A DNA stretch of 64,000 nt, from positions 10,090,844 to 10,154,843 of the forward strand of contig CM082588.2 in the NCBI GenBank assembly GCA_040954595.2, written 5' to 3'. Every line of letters starts with the position of its first letter. Within the stretch, counting starts at the first letter, position 1. Shown here piece after piece: positions 1-13,904 of this stretch. This DNA comes from Balanoglossus misakiensis. Its lineage: Eukaryota; Animalia; Hemichordata. The notes under the pieces are model-generated. The model saw nothing but the letters and a program-made list of their open reading frames with translations, was not told the DNA's origin and made no database searches. The translations under genes and the position numbers were made by a program.

Positions 1-3000
1 CTGTATTTGGAAGCAACCATGAACATTTTACAACTATCCGTCGATCTACAGAGTCTAGTGGAAAACGTTCTTATGCGCATAGGCCTATATATGTGTTCTG
101 CGCATCACAACAGAATTCGGTAAACAAACGAGGTTGTTTGGAAGCAACCATGGAAATTTTACAACTATCCGTCGATCTACAGAGTCTAGTGGAAAAATGT
201 CGTATGCGCATAGGCCTATCATGTGTTCTGCGCCTCAAAACAGAATTCCGTAAATAAACAAGGCTGTTTGCAAGCAAACATGGAAATTTTACAGCTATCC
301 GTCGATCTACAGAGTCTAGTGGAAAACGTTCTTTTGCGCATAGGCCTATATATATGTTATGCGCATCACAACAGAAATCGGTAAATAAACGAGGCTGTAT
401 TTGGAAGCAACCATGGACATTTTACAACTATCCGTCGATCTACAGAGTCCTGTGGAAAACTTTTTAATGCGCATAGGCCTATTACGTGTTCTGCGCCTCA
501 CAACAGAATTCCGTAAATAAACGAGGCTGTTTGGAAGCAACCATGGAAATTTTACAACTATCCGTCGATCTACGGAGTCTGGTGGAAAACTTTCTTATGC
601 GCATAGGCCTATTACGTGTTCTGCGTCTCACAACAGAATTCGGTAAATAAACGAGGCTGTTTGGAAGCAACCATGGAAATTTTAGAACTATCTCTCGATC
701 TACAGAGTCTAGTGGAAAACGTTCTTATGCGCATAGGCCTATATATGTGTTCTGCGCATCACAACAGAATTCGTAAACAAACGAGGTTGTTTGGAAGCAA
801 CCATGGAAATTTTACAACTATCCGTCGATCTACAGAGTCTAGTGGAAAAATGTCTTATGCGCATTGGCCTATCATGTGTTCTGCGCCTCACAACAGAAAT
901 CAGTAAATAAACGAGGCTGTTTGGAAGCAACCATGGAAATTTTACAACTATCCGTCGATCTACAGAGTCTAGTGGAAACGTTCTTATGCGCATAGGCCTA
1001 TATATGTGTTCTGCGCATCACAACAGAATTTTGTAAACAAACGAGGCTGTGTTTGGTAGCAACCATGGACATTTTAGAACTATCTCTCGATCTACAGAGT
1101 CTATAGTGGAAAACTTTCTTATGCACATATGCCTATCTATGTGTTCTGCGCCTCACAACAGAATTCGGTAAATAAACGAGGCTGTTTGGAAGCAACCATG
1201 GAAATTTTACAACTATCCGTCGATCTACAGAGTCTAGTGGAAAACGTTATTATGCGCATAGGCCTATATATGTGTTCTGCGCATCACAACAGAATTTTGT
1301 AAACAAACGAGGCTGTGTTTGGAAGCAACCATGGACATTTTAGAACTATCTCTCGATCTACAGAGTCTATAGTGGAAAACTTTCTTATGCACATAGGCCT
1401 ATCTATGTGTTCTGTGCCTTACAACAGAATTCGGTAAATAAACGAGGCTGTTTGGAAGCAACCATGGAAATTTTACAACTATCCGTCGATCTACAGAGTC
1501 TAGTGGAAAACGTTATTATGCGCATAGGCCTATATATGTGTTCTGCGCATCACAACAGAATTTTGTAAACAAACGAGGCTGTGTTTGGAAGCAACCATGG
1601 ACATTTTAGAACTATCTCTCGATCTACAGAGTCTATAGTGGAAAACTTTCTTATGCACATATGCCTATCTATGTGTTCTGCGCCTCAAAACAGAATTCCG
1701 TAAATAAACGAGGCTGTTTGGAAGCAAACATGGAAATTTTAGAACTATCTCTCGATCTACAGAGTATAGTGGAAAACGTTCATATGCGCATAGGCCTATC
1801 TATGTGTTCTGCGCATCACAACAGAATTTTGTAAACAAACCAGGCTTTGTTTGGAAGCAACCATGGACATTTTAGAACTATTCGTCGATCTACGGAGTCT
1901 AGTGGAAAACTTTCTTATGCGCATAGGCATATGTATGTGTTCTACGCATCACAACAGAATTCGGTAAATAAACGAGGCTGTTTGGAAACAACCATGGAAA
2001 TTTTAGAACTATCCGTTGATCTAAAGTTGAAAAGTTTTTTATGCGCATAGGCCTATCTATGTGTTCTGCGCCTCACAACAGAAATCGGTAAATAAACGAG
2101 GCTGTTTGGAAGCAACCATGGAAATTTTACAACTATCTCTCGATCTACAGAGTCTATAGTGGAAAACTTTCTTATTCACATATGCCTATCTATGTGTTCT
2201 GCGCCTCAAAACAGAATTCCGCAAATAAACGAGGCTGTTTGGAAGCAAACATGGAAGTTTTAGAACTATCTCTCGATCTACAGTGTATGGTGGAAAACGT
2301 TCATATGCGCATAGGCCTATCTATGTGTTCTGCGCATCACAACAGAATTTTGTAAACAAACGAGGCTGTGTTTGGTAGCAACCATGGACATTTTAGAACT
2401 ATCTCTCGATCTACAGAGTCTATAGTGGAAAACTTTCTTATGCACATATGCCTATCTATGTGTTCTGCGCCTCACAACAGAATTCGGTAAATAAACGAGG
2501 CTGTTTGGAAGCAACCATGGAAATTTTACAACTATCCGTCGATCTACGGAGTCTGGTGGAAAACTTTCTTATGCGCATAGCCCTATATATGTGTTCTGCG
2601 CATCACAACAGAATTCGTAAACAAACGAGGTTGTTTGGAAGCAACCATGGAAATTTTACAACTATCCGTCGATCTACAGAGTCTAGTGGAAAAATGTCTT
2701 ATGCGCATTGGCCTATCATGTGTTCTGCGCCTCACAACAGAAATCAGTAAATAAACGAGGCTGTTTGGAAGCAACCATGGAAATTTTACAACTATCAGTC
2801 CATCTACAGAGTCTGGTGGAAAACTTTCTTATGCGCATAGGCCTATAACGTGTTCTGCGCCTAACAACAGAATTCGGTAAATAAACGAGGCTGTTTGGAA
2901 GCAACCATGGAAATTTTACAAAAATCCGTCGATCTACAGAGTCTGGTGGAAAACTTTCTTATGCGCATAGGCCTATTACGTGTTCTGCGCCTCACAACAG

Positions 3001-3804
3001 AATTCCGTAAATAAACGAGGCTGTTTGGAAGCAACCATGGAAATTTTACAACTATCCGTCGATCTACGGAGTCTGGTGGAAAACTTTCTTATGCGCATAG
3101 GCCTATTACGTGTTCTGCGTCTCACAACAGAATTCGGTAAATAAACGAGGCTGTTTGGAAGCAACCATGGAAATTTTAGAACTATCTCTCGATCTACAGA
3201 GTCTAGTGGAAAACGTTCTTATGCGCATAGGCCTATATATGTGTTCTGCGCATCACAACAGAATTCGTAAACAAACGAGGTTGTTTGGAAGCAACCATGG
3301 AAATTTTACAACTATCCGTCGATCTACAGAGTCTAGTGGAAAAATGTCTTATGCGCATTGGCCTATCATGTGTTCTGCGCCTCACAACAGAAATCAGTAA
3401 ATAAACGAGGCTGTTTGGAAGCAACCATGGAAATTTTACAACTATCCGTCGATCTACAGAGTCTAGTGGAAACGTTCTTATGCGCATAGGCCTATATATG
3501 TGTTCTGCGCATCACAACAGAATTTTGTAAACAAACGAGGCTGTGTTTGGTAGCAACCATGGACATTTTAGAACTATCTCTCGATCTACAGAGTCTATAG
3601 TGGAAAACTTTCTTATGCACATATGCCTATCTATGTGTTCTGCGCCTCACAACAGAATTCGGTAAATAAACGAGGCTGTTTGGAAGCAACCATGGAAATT
3701 TTACAACTATCCGTCGATCTACAGAGTCTAGTGGAAAACGTTATTATGCGCATAGGCCTATATATGTGTTCTGCGCATCACAACAGAATTTTGTAAACAA
3801 ACGA
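1..3804. repeat. Tandem satellite, ~130-133-bp monomer, left block (runs off the window start)
   Basis: GAAGCAACCATGG...CCGTCGATCTACAGAGTCTAGTGGAAAA...TATGCGCATAGGCCTA...CACAACAGAA...AAACGAGG recurs every ~131 bp. Identical translated ORFs at 616 and 3110 give a 2494-bp higher-order period. Confidence 0.98.
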
Positions 3805-3837
3805 AGTAGTATAGGTTGGAGCCGTAGCACTCTCATT

Positions 3838-4190
3838 TGGGGAGGAGGAGCTGAGGAGGAGCTGAGGAGGAGCTGAGGAGGAGGAGCTGAGGAGGAGCTG
3901 AGGAGGAGCTGAGGAGGAGCTGAGGAGGAGCTGAGGAGGAGGAGCTGAGGAGGAGGAGCTGAGGAGGAGGCGGAGGAGGAGGAGGAGGAGGAGCTGAGGA
4001 GGAGGAGGAGGAGGAGCTGAGGAGGAGGAGCTGAGGAGGAGGAGGAGGAGGAGGAGGAGGAGGAGGAGGAGGAGCTGAGGAGGAGGAGGAGGAGGAGGAG
4101 GAGGATCAGGAGGAGGAAGTGGAGGTGATGTTGGGAGGAGGCAGAGGAGGCAGTGGAGGTGATGTTGGGAGGAGGTGATGAGAGGCGAAG
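3838..4190 (+). repeat. (GAG)n / GAGGAGCT low-complexity tract inside the left terminal repeat (shorter mirror at ~17890-18137)
   Basis: Read directly; it produces the spurious poly-S/L/P ORFs. Confidence 0.95.
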
Positions 4191-4222
4191 GAGGCCTATC
4201 ACCCATGGCCGAGTTCGATTGT

Positions 4223-4350
4223 GACCCGAGTAGCGACCCGAGTAGCTGCCGCTGACGTCATCCCATTCTAGTTCGCATGCGCATAAGCGTAACCCGGGAG
4301 ATTTCAAAAGAACGATACTAGCGTAGCAACCCATGTAAACAAATATGGCG
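4223..4350 (+). promoter_or_regulatory. Putative promoter of the Harbinger transposase (mirror copy ~17730-17860)
   Basis: CpG-rich patch with GACCCGAGTAGC x2 (4223-4246), CRE TGACGTCA (4253-4260), NRF1-like CGCATGCGCA (4274-4283) and YY1-like AATATGGCG over the ATG at 4345. Confidence 0.5.
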
Positions 4351-6865
4351 ACTGAGTTCGAAGATTTCTTGTTTTTGCGTACTTTTTTTGAGGATTTTGA
4401 TGAATCTTTAGATTCTGCGGCAGTTTGGCAACTCCGAATAAATACTGCCATCATTGCCTCTCTGAGCTGTTTATTTTTGCGCCGAAAATACGTCCCGAAG
4501 ATACAAAATTTTGCCGAAGATATCGTACCTCAGTATTCTTTGCAGGATTTTTGCATCCATTTCCGTATTTGCAAAGATATCTTCACGTTTGTTCTGGGTC
4601 GCATCGCCCACAAACTGGCAATAGAACAATGCGGTGGCCGCCCTCAAGTGCCTCCAGAAAAACAATTATTGGTATGGATTTGGTACATGGTAAACCAGGA
4701 ATCCATCAGAGAAGTTGGTCACATTTTCAATCTCTCCAAATCCACAGTCCATTCAACAGTAAAGCGTGTCACAAAAGCTATCATTGCTGTGGTGAAAGAT
4801 GTAAGTACATTGTAAAGTACATTTTCTAGATTATCTTCATGGATTATTTTTGAATACAAATATATTTCAACATTTCAATAATATACAGTTGGTGATGCAT
4901 AATTTCAAGCTCTGTTTAATTATTGCTATCAAAGAACATATTAAAGGGGACAGTTAAAAATTATCCTTTAGCATTTTCTTTTAGTATTATGGTTCTCTGT
5001 GTCAACATTTTTTTTTCTACTGCACTCTGTATAGCAAGCTGAAATGTCCAATATTATGTTTGTCATAATTGCAGGTATGTGTAAAAATTAATGTTGAAAA
5101 ATGACTTATCAATATTTGTAGGTTATCAGGTGGCCAACACAAGAGCGACAGAGGGAGATTTCAAAAGAACGATACTAGCGTACGTAGCAACCCATGTAAA
5201 CAAATATGGCGACTGAGTTCGAAGATTTCTTGTTTTTGCGTACTTTTTTTTGAGCATTTTGATGAATCTTTAGATTCTGCGGCAGTTTGGCAACTCCGAA
5301 TAAATACTGCCATCATTGCCTCTCTGAGCTGTTTATTTTTGCGCCGAAAATACGTCCCGAAGATACAAAATTTTGCCGAAGATATCGTACCTCAGTATTC
5401 TTTGCAGGATTTTTGCATCCATTTCCGTATTTGCAAAGATATCTTCACGTTTGTTCTGGGTCGCATCGCCCACAAACTGGCAATAGAACAATGCGGTGGC
5501 CGCCCTCAAGTGCCTCCAGAAAAAAAAACAATTATTGGTATGGATTTGGTACATGGTAAACCAGGAATCCATCAGAGAAGTTGGTCACATTTTCAATCTC
5601 TCCAAATCCACAGTCCATTCAACAGTAAAGCGTGTCACAAAAGCTATCATTGCTGTGATGAAAGATGTAAGTACATTGTAAAGTACATTTTCTAGATTAT
5701 CTTCATGGATTATTTTTGAATACAAATATATTTCAACATTTCAATAATATACAGTTGGTAATGCATAATTTCAAGCTCTGTTTAATTATTGCTATCAAAG
5801 AACATATTAAAGGGGACAGTTAAAAATTATCCTTTAGCATTTTCTTTTAGTATTATGGTTCTCTGTGTCAACATTTTTTTTTCTACTGCACTCTGTATAG
5901 CAAGCTGAAATGTCCAATATTATGTTTGTCATAATTGCAGGTATGTGTAAAAATTAATGTTGAAAAATGACTTATCAATATTTGTAGGTTATCAGGTGGC
6001 CAACACAAGAGCGACAGAGGGAGATTTCACAGAGTTTTCAGCTTGATTGTGGTTTACCAGGTATAGTGGGCATTATTGATGGCACTCACATTAGACTGGC
6101 TGGTTGTATTGGTGGAGCTCAAGACTATATAAATAGGAAAGGTTATCCATCCATGCAACTTCAGGTAAGAAAATTCATTTTTTTAATTTTATAGAGAAAA
6201 ATTTATATCTTCCATCATGACATGTGTCATTCTTGAATTTAAAAATAAAACCTGTTGAAATGTTGGTTAGTCTCTGCCATTGAGAATTTTATCAAGTTAC
6301 ATAAATGTAGGAGATTCTTGACAAAAAGTGTCCTTTTTTTCAGGTCATTGTTGATGATAATCTATTAATCACCAATGCATACACTGGATGGCCTGGTTGT
6401 ACACACGATGCCCGTGTCCTTCGAAATTCTTCCCTGTACACAAGACTGGAGACTAATGAAGTAACTATGGGTCCTGGGAGATACATCATTGGTGATTCTG
6501 CATACCCTTTGAGAGAATGGCTTATCACTCCCTTCAGAGACAATGGATTTTTAACCATTCAGCAGCGCAGGTTCAATCGCGTCTTTTCATCCTGCCGTCA
6601 AAATGTTGAACGATCAATTGGGCATTTAAAGGGTCGTGTTAGGAGGCTCAGAGAATTGCCTATGCATAGTCCTGAAGATGTGTGTGAGACTATAATTTCT
6701 GGCTGTATTCTTCACAATCTACGTATTATCCATCATGATGATGTGGAAAACTATATTGATTTAGATCCACAGCATATTGATGATCCAAACCAATATCCAA
6801 ATGTTCATGTGAATGCACCTGGGGGTATTGCCAGAAGACAGCAACTCATGAATCATTTACATTAA
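4345..6865 (+). CDS. PIF/Harbinger DDE transposase (HARBI1-like, DDE_Tnp_4), left arm. Exons 4345-4800, 5988-6164 and 6344-6865 give 384 aa if the duplicated segment is spliced out
   Basis: Motifs VIRWP, GIIDGTHI, YINRKGYPS, WPGCTHDARV, GDSAYPL, RQNVERSIGHLKGR and CILHN; N-terminal HTH (SIREVGHIFNLSKSTVH); phase-0 GT-AG introns. Confidence 0.88.
5153..6018 (+). pseudogene. Tandem duplicate of transposase 5' UTR, exon 1, intron 1 and start of exon 2; frameshifted
   Basis: Near-identical to 4296-5152, with GGGAGATTTCA at all three junctions. An extra T in the poly-T (~5244-5251) and extra As (~5520-5528) break the frame. Confidence 0.9.
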
Positions 6866-7823
6866 GAGTGTCAACATCATTAGGTATCTTAATGGATTGC
6901 CTTTCACACATGAAAATGAAACCTTTTTCTTGATTTAGTTATAAAAATAAGTTATGCACTGGGATAAATGTTTTTTTTTATCATCTTGTTATGCATATTG
7001 TGTATTTGAAGTGTTAAGTGTGACTCTGGACATGAAATATTTATTGATTAAAATATATATGGTTAGGTCGACATTGAAGGATTCAAAGCCTGACTTTCTA
7101 TTGCTGGTAACATTTTAAATGTACAATCTTACCTGGATAAAAAAAAAAAACACACTTTATGTTTGTATATGATATAACAATTTATTGTAAAGGTTCAAAT
7201 GTTTTTTAAAGATAAAGAATTCACTTTTATCCATCAATAATAATAATAGAATAAATATTATAGACAATAAATACATTCATAAGTTATGCAATAATTACTT
7301 AATAAATAAAGAGTATCAATATATTAACTATAAACATTGAAAATGACTTTGCATTTTTACATTTGTTTTTCATAAGTTATGATGTAATAATTTCTAGTAA
7401 TAAATAAAAAGTATCACATATTATTAACTATAAACATTGGTAATGACTTTTGAATTTTTACATTTGTTTTTAAAGTTCAACGTCTTCATACATATAATAC
7501 ATACATACCATACATACATAAATGCCAACAGCAATGCTAATAAATTATTTGAGATTTTCAAAATATTTTTTTAAGGTTATCATGTGTACATGGAATAATT
7601 CTGATTAAAAATTGAGTTTGTCAAATAAAAAAAAAAGAATCATCACGAACATGTAGTATGAACATATAACACTCCAATAAAATTTTAACAATTGTCCAGA
7701 AATTCAGATACTTCTACAACTATAACAGTATCAATGAAAACGTTTAGTAACAATAAACTTTATGAAATATTTCATTTAGATAAAACATTTTTGAATTTTG
7801 TCAAATTTATTATACGGTAATCT

Positions 7824-8639
7824 TTAGTTCTTATTGACAGACTGCTCGTATAAATCCAACATTCTATCCATTCTTCTCATTTTCTCTGTATGTTGTTTTT
7901 CCATCATCCCAAACAAATCATCATTTTTCTTTTCCATTTGTGTAATTGCAGCCATCAATTTATCTTGTGGGGATACTCTGTCGGATATTTTGTTTCTTTT
8001 TCTGTGTGTACGTGGTGTTGCATGTGTGTCAGATGTGCTTGGTGTTATCTCTGTAGGTTCTGTAGTCGTCATTTCTGTTGTTGTTTCTGTCACTGTGTCT
8101 GTGTTATTTTTACTTTTGTCGGTCGTCAAATCAAGCGAATCCATCGTACATGTGGGCTGTGTCGATTCCTTCATCCCATATAAATTATCAAACTCATTGA
8201 AATGTCGACACGTTTTCCTTTCTGCTCCAGTTTTCTTTCGGTTATCAATCACTTCCATATAATTTTTTTTTTAAATTTTTCCATTTATCCCTTGCCTGTG
8301 TGACAGACACAGAAACCCCCGCCTCTCCCATTTTAGACACAATGGACTGCCACAACTTCTCATGTCTAACACTAGTTTTAAATAAATCTTCCATGTCAGA
8401 CCTCAACACTACAAGTAAATTTTCTTCTCTATCATTCCAAATGTGAATTCTAGCTACGTTTTCTGTGCTGTGTGATGTTGTTCCTGCTTTACTTCGTTCA
8501 TGTGGTTGCTGAGTGTTTGTGTTCTTTTCACCTTGTCCTTGACTGCTTTGGTTCTGGTCGAGGTCTTGTACCTTTTCCTTTTGTTTTCCGTTGTGTGCTG
8601 CAATAGCTTGTGAAATGATAGCTTGTTTGATGTTAGAGT
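7824..8639 (-). pseudogene. Myb/SANT-like (trihelix) DNA-binding protein, Harbinger partner ORF, last exon, left arm; +1 frameshift
   Basis: Mirror of 14189-15030 with the WNDREENLLV...LWQSI...QARDKWKNLKK signature. A 10-A run stands where 9 would keep the frame. Convergent with the transposase. Confidence 0.85.
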
Positions 8640-9599
8640 CTGTTAAATATAAGAATGGGTATAGTCAAGACAAGTTTATTTCTATTTGCTCACCAAAACA
8701 TGATTCTATCAGATTAATTACTGTTGAACTTGAATCCTTAGTACATAAAACCAAAAATGAAATTATTTAATTATAGTTCAGCTTTGTAGAGATATTTAGA
8801 CATTTTACCACTTTTAGATGACCAACACAGAAAATATTTGTTTATAAACATAAGTGACGTGAGCGGACAATGCCTTAGACACACAGTTTAGAAATCATGC
8901 ACTGGGCCTCGTAATTTATGCAAATTAGACCATGAGCCAGTAGGGGTTTACCTCCCCCCACCCCCCCGGGGGAATTTTTGAGACAATGTTTTTTCTGAAA
9001 GCCTATCATATACTGAGTAAAATTCACTTTGTTTGCCATCTGGGCACCGGGGCGTTTTCGAGTTATTGGCTTCTAAATTATATTGGGTAACGTATGAAGA
9101 AAAGCCTAAAAGTGCATATAAATTGACGTAGGCGGGGGGGGGGGGGGGGGGTAAATTAGTCTTGTAAAATACTGTCTCTCTGAATGTATACCTAGAACAA
9201 CAGGGAAGTATTTGGTATCAAAAGAAAGCTTAATAAACAAGCTTTCCATTAATTACAAAATTAAAGTGATATGACAAATCATGACATCATAGTGACGTCA
9301 TAAGTCAAAATACCCTTACGAAAATGGTGTTCTGTTCACCTATAATTTGTATAAATGTGAGGTTTTGCAAAACACGTCTCTGAGCAATTGTACTGATGAA
9401 AACTGTGATGTGTTTGGTATCAACAGAAAGCTGATTGAGTAAAGTATCTAATTATTGCAAAATATTGATATAATAATCAATTACGTCATCATTACGTCAT
9501 ACTTCCAAGTACCCTTACCAATTAGTGACTATGATGACAAGTTATTACCCTAGGAGATAGGTGCCTTTAAAAAAAAAAAATTGGTAAGGAAGGTTTGTG

Positions 9600-11900
9600 A
9601 AGTCCATTCTATGTAAAAAATGGTGCTGATTCCAAAAAAAAAAAGCAGTCTTATTGACCCCACCCAAGACAAAATTGCCATTTTGGCACTTTTTAATCCA
9701 AAAAAAGGTCATTTTTAGAAAACACTAAAAACACACTGTTTTCGTCACATTCGAAGATCTGATGACATATGATATGCCTATTCTATGTAAAATTTGGTTG
9801 ATATTACGAAAAAAGCAGTCTGATTGACCCCAAACGAGACAAAATTGCCTTTTTGACCATTTTTTGCCCAAAAAGGTCATTTTTAGAAAACACTAAAAAC
9901 ACACTGTTTTCGTCACATTCGAAGATCTGATGACATATGATATGCCTATTCTATGTAAAATTTGGTTGATATTACGAAAAAAGCAGTCTGACTGACCCCA
10001 AACGAGACAAAATTGCCTTTTTGACCATTTTTTGCTCAAAAACGTCATTTTTAGACAAAACTGAAAAACACACTCTTCTCTTCATATTGATTGATTTGAT
10101 GATATATGGAAAGTCAATTCTATGTGTAAAATGGTGACTATAAAACATAAAGCAATCTTTTTGACCCCAATCAATACAAAAATGCCATTTTTGGCCTCAA
10201 AAATATGGCCAAAAATGGCATTTTTACAAAAAATAAAAAAATAAAAACAAACTGTTTTCTTCATATTCAGAGATCTGATTATGTATGAAAAGTCCATTCT
10301 GTGTATAAAAAATCTGATTGACCCCATTCTAGTCAAAATTGCGTTTTTGGCAATTTATTGCCTAAAAAGACCTATTTAAGACAAATTTATCATTTTAAAC
10401 ATTTTCTAGAGAAAAAAATGTTTGCATTTGGAGATAGCCCAAATTGAACTCATAATGATGATGACACAGCGACGACAGTAAAAGAAGTTATACGAATTGA
10501 ACCAAAGTCGCGTCGATGAATCTAAACACGTCGCCCAGGACCAAGCATTAAACATGATACAGGCGACAAAAAGACAGGCACTGCACATGGCAAAGTCCCA
10601 AATATTCACTTAGAGCATCTCCAAATTGAAACGTCAAGGAATTTAAGAGTTTTTATTATATTTATTAGGTTTAAACCCACATTGATATTACGAAAAAGGC
10701 AGTCTAACTGACCCCACCCAAGACAAAATTGCCGTTTTGGCACTTTTTAACCCAAAAAACGTCATTTTTAGACAAAACTGAAAACACACTCTTCTCTTCA
10801 TATTGATTGATTTGATGATATATGGAAAGTCAATTCTATGTGTAAAATGGTGACTATAAAACATAAAGCAATCTTTTTGACCCCAATCAATACAAAAATG
10901 CCATTTTTGGCCTCAAAAATATGGCCAAAAATGGCATTTTTACAAAAAAAATAAATAAAAACAAACTGTTTTCTTCATATTCAGAGATCTGATTATGTAT
11001 GAAAAGTTTATGCTATGTAAAATAGTTCTGATTCCAGAAATAGCAGCCTTATTAACCCCCACTCAAGGCAAATGTGCCATTTTTGCCACTTTTTGCCCCA
11101 AAAATGTCATTTTTAGAAAACACTCAAAACTTATATATTTTCTTCACTTTCGGAGATCTGATAATGTATTGTATACCCACCTTGTGTAAAATTTGGTAGG
11201 TATTCAAAAAAAGTAGGTTTATTGGCGCCACTCAAGATTAAAGTGCGTTTTTTGGCAAGTTTTTGCCCAAAAAGGCCATTTTAAGAAATAAGCAAACGTT
11301 TTTCTTTGTATTTGGAAATTTGATCATGTATGAAAAGTCCATTTATTGAAAAATTGCTGTTGACTCTAGAAAACGCAATCTTATTGATCTCAATGAAGAT
11401 GAAAATACTTTTTGCCCAAAAAGGGTCATTTTTAGAAAATACTAAAAACAAGCTATTTGTTTCCCTTTGGTGATCTAATAATAAATAAAAGTCCATTCTA
11501 TCTTAAAATTAGCGATTTTTCCAAAAAAGCACTCTTACTGACTCCACAGAGGGAAAAAATGCCATTTTGGCCACTTTGCTCAAAAAAGGTAACTGTTTGA
11601 AAACTTCTTTCTTTATTTTTCAGATCTTATGATGTACGGAGAAGGTCCATTTTTGTTGAATGGGAGCCGATTCCAAAAAAAAAAAAAAAAATCTTTTCAG
11701 CCCTACAAAATTGTCATTTTGGCCATTTTTGGTCAAAAAGGTCATTCCAAGAAAAAAAAAAATGAAAAACAAGCTGTTTTCTTTGTATTTAAATGTTTGA
11801 TTATGAATGGAAAGTCCATTTTTTGCAAAAAAAAAATATGCTGATACCAACGCAACAGTCTTATTAAGACCCCACTCAATACAAAATTGCCACTAAGCCA
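9600..11900 (+). repeat. ~168-170-bp tandem repeat array within the element, interrupted by unique 10380-10683; inverted copy ~12650-13420
   Basis: GCAGTC..TTGACCCC..GACAAAATTGCC recurs at 9645, 9815 and 9983 and again from ~10700, becoming degenerate. Confidence 0.85.
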
Positions 11901-13904
11901 TCTTCTAGTCAACAATTGTCTTTTTCAGAAAACAAAATAATTGGTGGTTTTTTTTGCCTTTTGAGTTTTGATGTTATATTTGCATATTTAAAATGTCATA
12001 CCATATGATATCAGTTGAATTGATGATATTGAAAGGCAGAGTTGCCACAATTTGGCACATTTAGCCCAAAATGGAACTCAACAATAAAACGAGACGATCC
12101 ATGTATTCACACTGTATACTATAAGTCGGTTATACATGGTATAATTGTTTTAAGTACATCTATACCAGCTCCGGATAGATTGTTAACATTTATCCTCTTC
12201 GTTCTGAATACAAAATCAGAAATTATATTATATCATGATACCTCCGTCATTTTGATTGGACAGGGGTGCAATCCCACGATGCTAAATACTCAATAGAGCT
12301 AAAACTGGCCCCTGAACTAGCACACAACGGGAAAATGTGGGTTTAAACCTAATAAATATAATAAAAACTCTTAAATTCCTTGACGTTTCAATTTGGAGAT
12401 GCTCTAAGTGAATATTTGGGACTTTGCCATGTGCAGTGCCTGTCTTTTTGTCGCCTGTATCATGTTTAATGCTTGGTCCTGGGCGACGTGTTTAGATTCA
12501 TCGACGCGACTTTGGTTCAATTCGTATAACTTCTTTTACTGTCGTCGCTGTGTCATCATCATTATGAGTTCAATTTGGGCTATCTCCAAATGCAAACATT
12601 TTTTTCTCTAGAAAATGTTTAAAATGATAAATTTGTCTTAAATAGGTCTTTTTAGGCAATAAATTGCCAAAAACGCAATTTTGACTAGAATGGGGTCAAT
12701 CAGATTTTTTATACACAGAATGGACTTTTCATACATAATCAGATCTCTGAATATGAAGAAAACAGTTTGTTTTTATTTTTTTATTTTTTGTAAAAATGCC
12801 ATTTTTGGCCATATTTTTGAGGCCAAAAATGGCATTTTTGTATTGATTGGGGTCAAAAAGATTGCTTTATGTTTTATAGTCACCATTTTACACATAGAAT
12901 TGACTTTCCATATATCATCAAATCAATCAATATGAAGAGAAGAGTGTGTTTTTCAGTTTTGTCTAAAAATGACGTTTTTGAGCAAAAAATGGTCAAAAAG
13001 GCAATTTTGTCTCGTTTGGGGTCAGTCAGACTGCTTTTTTCGTAATATCAACCAAATTTTACATAGAATAGGCATATCATATGTCATCAGATCTTCGAAT
13101 GTGACGAAAACAGTGTGTTTTTAGTGTTTTCTAAAAATGACCTTTTTGGGCAAAAAATGGTCAAAAAGGCAATTTTGTCTCGTTTGGGGTCAATCAGACT
13201 GCTTTTTTCGTAATATCAACCAAATTTTACATAGAATAGGCATATCATATGTCATCAGATCTTCGAATGTGACGAAAACAGTGTGTTTTTAGTGTTTTCT
13301 AAAAATGACCTTTTTTTGGATTAAAAAGTGCCAAAATGGCAATTTTGTCTTGGGTGGGGTCAATAAGACTGCTTTTTTTTTTTGGAATCAGCACCATTTT
13401 TTACATAGAATGGACTTCACAAACCTTCCTTACCAATTTTTTTTTTTTAAAGGCACCTATCTCCTAGGGTAATAACTTGTCATCATAGTCACTAATTGGT
13501 AAGGGTACTTGGAAGTATGACGTAATGATGACGTAATTGATTATTATATCAATATTTTGCAATAATTAGATACTTTACTCAATCAGCTTTCTGTTGATAC
13601 CAAACACATCACAGTTTTCATCAGTACAATTGCTCAGAGACGTGTTTTGCAAAACCTCACATTTATACAAATTATAGGTGAACAGAACACCATTTTCGTA
13701 AGGGTATTTTGACTTATGACGTCACTATGATGTCATGATTTGTCATATCACTTTAATTTTGTAATTAATGGAAAGCTTGTTTATTAAGCTTTCTTTTGAT
13801 ACCAAATACTTCCCTGTTGTTCTAGGTATACATTCAGAGAGACAGTATTTTACAAGACTAATTTACCCCCCCCCCCCTACGTCAATTTATATGCACTTTT
13901 AGGC

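Noticed and set aside
3744-4454. 236-aa and 142-aa poly-S/L/P ORFs (also 17879-18305)
   Set aside because: Translations of the GAG low-complexity tract that cross the element boundary into satellite.
4345-6865. Domesticated host HARBI1 gene
   Set aside because: It is paired with a Myb gene, duplicated and inside a mobile unit with a TSD; no gene symbol assigned.
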